Shown: positions 49,151 through 52,472 of the stretch, piece after piece
How positions within the stretch are numbered: the first letter of the stretch is position 1
Layout of the letters: every line of letters begins with the position of its first letter
Source: Cladosporium halotolerans
Taxonomy: Eukaryota
DNA: 52,472 bases
Assembly (NCBI RefSeq): GCF_011745625.1
Contig: NW_027191470.1
Span: forward strand, 434,001 to 486,472
Reading direction: 5' to 3'
Notes under the pieces: generated by a model
What the model was told of the DNA's origin: nothing
What the model saw: only the letters and a program-made list of their open reading frames with translations
Databases searched by the model: none
Translations under genes and position numbers: made by a program

Positions 49151-49283
49151 GGTGGATTTTGTGGTGTGTCCGGTTGGTAGGGCAGTTGTGGCGGGTTTGC
49201 GAGTCCGAGATGTTTTGTTTCGAGCTCGTTTGGATGAAATCATCAGCCGCGGGGAGCAATCAGATGAGGCTGGAGTAAACGCC

Positions 49284-49335
49284 GATAGATCCGGGGAGAT
49301 CCATCTTATCTTATCGCGTGACGAACCACCTTATC
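49284..49335. promoter_or_regulatory. Cluster of GATA sites (three CTTATC plus one GATAG)
   Basis: CTTATC at 49305, 49310 and 49330 and GATAG at 49284, about 135-185 bp upstream of BNA1. Confidence 0.45.
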
Positions 49336-50104
49336 ATCTTTGCTGAACTCTCCCCTACCCAAGAAGGGCATTACTTGCCTACAAGTTGAGATAGATATCG
49401 GGTGATTCGTCGAACGATTGTCATGCGTGAGGCTAATGCCCTGCGGATTCAACTATTGCCTCGACGTACAGTGACTTTCCTCTCTGGCCATAGCTGTGTC
49501 CATCCAAGGTGCTCACCGCTCGGCATGACACTCCTCAGAACGTCCTTCACACGCAAACGATCAAAAGGCTCCAGGGCGTCTCCCGGCATGTGACAATGGC
49601 GTAGCTCGTCGTCCGTAACTCCAACCTTGCCGCACTTCTCCGACCGCTCCAGCGAGGCTCGGCAAATGATCGCCGCTGGGCTGGGATGGCCTCGACCTGT
49701 GTAGGGCCAGCTTGTGCAGAGTGACTGGCATTGTCGGTTTGAGTTATAGCCAGCATTGCTTCATACGATCTCCTTACGTTTCTCCAGACGATGGACACGA
49801 TATGTGGTATCGATGTTCGGCTGTACCTGCTCAGCTGGATCTAAACCGAGCGGCCAACGCGCGAGCTGCTGCATATGCCGACGCAGCCGCTGCCGCCTCC
49901 CCGCGCCTGGGGGAAGCCATCGGTCATGACCCGCCGATCGCTCTATCGCGCCCGAGGTTGAATGGTCGGCGGTAGGGCGCGTGGAGCTCCATTGTTCTCC
50001 ATTCGTCCCCCGACGAGCCGCCAATTGTGGTTTTGTTTCCATCACAACTCGCAGTTGAAGACACCTACCGGTCTTCACACCTCCGCGACTCCTCCACCGA
50101 CAAC

Positions 50105-51887
50105 ATGGCTGCCCGCCGAGCATTGTCAACCAGGACGCTGCAGAGCCTCTCCCTCCGGCCCTCGGTAGCAGCTACAACACGTCACATCGCCAGAATGCCG
50201 CAGTCGCACAACTCCGGGAAGATCGCAGTGCGCAGGCTGCATGCCACCACCTCTCACCTTCAAGCCGCCACCACCACTGCGGCAAGCTCCCCCTCGTCCT
50301 ACCCGACCAGCCACGAGCAGGTCGCCCAGCCCGTCGACACCACCAACTTCCTCGACAACAAGTTCGTGCCTTCTCAGGCCACGCAGTGGATCGACCTCCA
50401 CGACCCCGCGACCAACAACCTTGTCACAAGAGTACCCCAAAGCACAGATGCCGAGCTCAGCGCCGCCGTCGATAGCGCGGAGAAGGCCTTCCCGGCGTGG
50501 AGGGCCACGAGCCTTCTGCACAGGCAGCAGCTGATGTTCAAGTACGTCGCCTTGATCAGGGAGAACTGGGACCGTCTGGCGGCGAGCATCACGCTCGAGC
50601 AGGGCAAGACCTTCGCTGACGCCAAAGGTGACGTCCTGCGTGGTCTGCAGGTCGCCGAAACCGCCTGCGGCATCACCACCCAGATCACCGGCGAGGTGCT
50701 TGAGGTTGCAAAGGACATGGAGACCAGGTCCTACCGCGAGCCTCTCGGTGTCGTGGCCGCCATCTGCCCCTTCAATTTCCCCGCCATGATCCCGCTCTGG
50801 ACCATCCCCATCGCCACCATCACTGGCAACACCTGCGTCATCAAGCCTTCCGAGCGCGACCCCGGCGCGACCATGATCCTGGCCGAGCTCGCCGAGAAGG
50901 CCGGCTTCCCGCCCGGCGTGATCAACATCATCCACGGCTCCGCGAAGACGGTCGACTTCATCATCGACGAGCCCAGGATCAAGGCCATCTCCTTCGTCGG
51001 CTCCAACAAGGCCGGCGAGTACATCTACACCCGCGGCTCCGCCAACGGCAAGCGCGTGCAGGCCAACCTGGGAGCCAAGAACCACGCCGCCGTCCTGCCG
51101 GACTGCAACAAGAACCACGCGCTCAACGCCATCGCGGGCGCGGCCTTCGGCGCCGCCGGCCAGCGCTGCATGGCCCTCAGCACGCTCGTCCTCGTCGGCG
51201 AGACCAAGGACTGGGCGCCGGAGATCGCGGAGCGCGCGAAGGAGCTTTCCATGAACGGCGGCTTCGAAGAGGGTGCGGACCTCGGCCCCGTCATCTCGCC
51301 GCAGGCCAAGGAGCGCATCGAGAACATCATCGCCACCGCGGAGAAAGAGGGCGCCACCATCCTCCTCGACGGCCGCGGCCAGAAGCCCGAGAAGTACCCC
51401 AACGGTAACTGGGTGAGCCATCCCGTCTCCCATCCAAGCCCTCGTTTCACACTAACCCAATCTCTCCCAGGTCGGTCCCACTATCATCACCAACGTAACG
51501 CCCGAAATGACCTGCTACAAAGAAGAAATATTCGGCCCCGTGCTCGTCTGCCTCTCGTCCCCGTCCCTCGACGACGCCATCGCCCTCATCAACGCGAACG
51601 AATACGGCAACGGCACCGCGATCTTCACACGTTCGGGAGCGACCGCGACCCGCTTCCAGAAGGAGATCGAGGCCGGCCAGGTCGGCATCAACGTGCCGAT
51701 CCCGGTCCCCTTGCCCATGTTCTCCTTCACGGGCAACAAGAAGAGTGTGGCCGGCGGAGGAGCGAACACTTTCTACGGCAAGCCGGGCGTGCAGTTCTAC
51801 ACGCAGCAGAAGACAGTAACGAGCTTTTGGAAGGCGGATGATGCGGTTAGCACGAAGGCGAAGGTCAACATGCCGACGAATCAGTAG
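50105..51887 (+). CDS. mmsA: Methylmalonate-semialdehyde dehydrogenase [acylating], mitochondrial (ALDH6); join(50105..51412,51471..51887)
   Basis: [45 protein letters not shown] and [12 protein letters not shown]; Arg/Ser/Thr-rich presequence. Confidence 0.95.
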
Positions 51888-52240
51888 GTGCGGGGGGGTT
51901 TGTTCGTATATGGTTTGATGGGATAGGATCAAAAATGGCGAAGAAGCGGAATGGTTATTTTGTTCCTACGTGTGCGGTTCTTTCCTCGGTCGAATCCGTC
52001 TAGGATGATCTCTGTTCGTGGTTTCGAAGTTTTGTTCCAGCATGGATTTGCCCTGTTGGATTCTCCCGTGTGGCGTGCTTTGAAAGGAGAAAGCAGACGG
52101 AAAGAAACAACACGCTCAAATGCATCAGACCTATTAACAAAATGGATATCTACAAGCGACTCAAAACAAAACCACACACACGCCCCTCCCTCTCCCTCTC
52201 TACCACCTCTCCCTCCTTTCTCCTGCCCCTTCATTTCTCC

Positions 52241-52472
52241 CTAAGTCGCCCCCAACATCCTCAAAGCCCCCCTCAACTCCTTCACAGCCGTCGGCACGTC
52301 CTCGAAATTCAGCGCCGAGATCGCCCACTTCGCGTGCTTCTGCGCCGCCAGCACCGCCTCGTCGTCCGTGTTGTACGCGCCCGGTGCGGGCGCCGGCGGC
52401 GGCGTCGGAGCGGCGGGCGCTTGCGGCATGGGTGTGAAGGGGCTTTGGAGGGTGGGAGCGGAGGGGGGTGGG
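52241..52472 (-). CDS. VTA1: ESCRT cofactor Vta1, C-terminal VSL domain (partial; the gene starts beyond the window)
   Basis: AQKHAKWAISALNFEDVPTAVKELRGAL is the Vta1 C-terminal signature. Confidence 0.88.
   Translation of the reverse strand, partial: PPPSAPTLQSPFTPMPQAPAAPTPPPAPAPGAYNTDDEAVLAAQKHAKWAISALNFEDVPTAVKELRGALRMLGAT

Overview
Eukaryotic, intron-containing, GC-rich fungal DNA from a filamentous ascomycete. Dothideomycete-like is my inference from gene content and intron signals. Bases 1-7750 are a long gene-free, low-complexity region upstream of an MtfA-type C2H2 transcription factor. The rest is gene-dense, and I could build 22 more gene models by hand using GT..CTRAC..YAG splice signals. 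In order: an HeH-like membrane protein, an MME1-type mitochondrial carrier, YIP5, eIF5B, an RnpA-like protein, CBP4, YIF1, SRP101, an orphan ORF, RAD1/XPF, an NmrA-like protein, guanine deaminase (interrupted by an in-frame TAA), MADS-box RlmA, OGG1, an MFS transporter, a conserved-looking hypothetical, a DUF1776-like protein, PCNA, a second hypothetical, BNA1, methylmalonate-semialdehyde dehydrogenase and the 3' end of VTA1. The most notable observations are (1) a nuclear-encoded protein resembling the bacterial RNase P protein RnpA, head-to-head with CBP4; (2) a BNA1 whose usual start Met is replaced by a mitochondrial-presequence-like extension; (3) a guanine deaminase with a single premature stop; (4) a PCNA start codon split by an intron; and (5) recurrent orientation-independent C/A-to-G/T skew flips. 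I recognised no tRNA, rRNA, transposon or CRISPR. All family calls come from motif recognition, not database searches.
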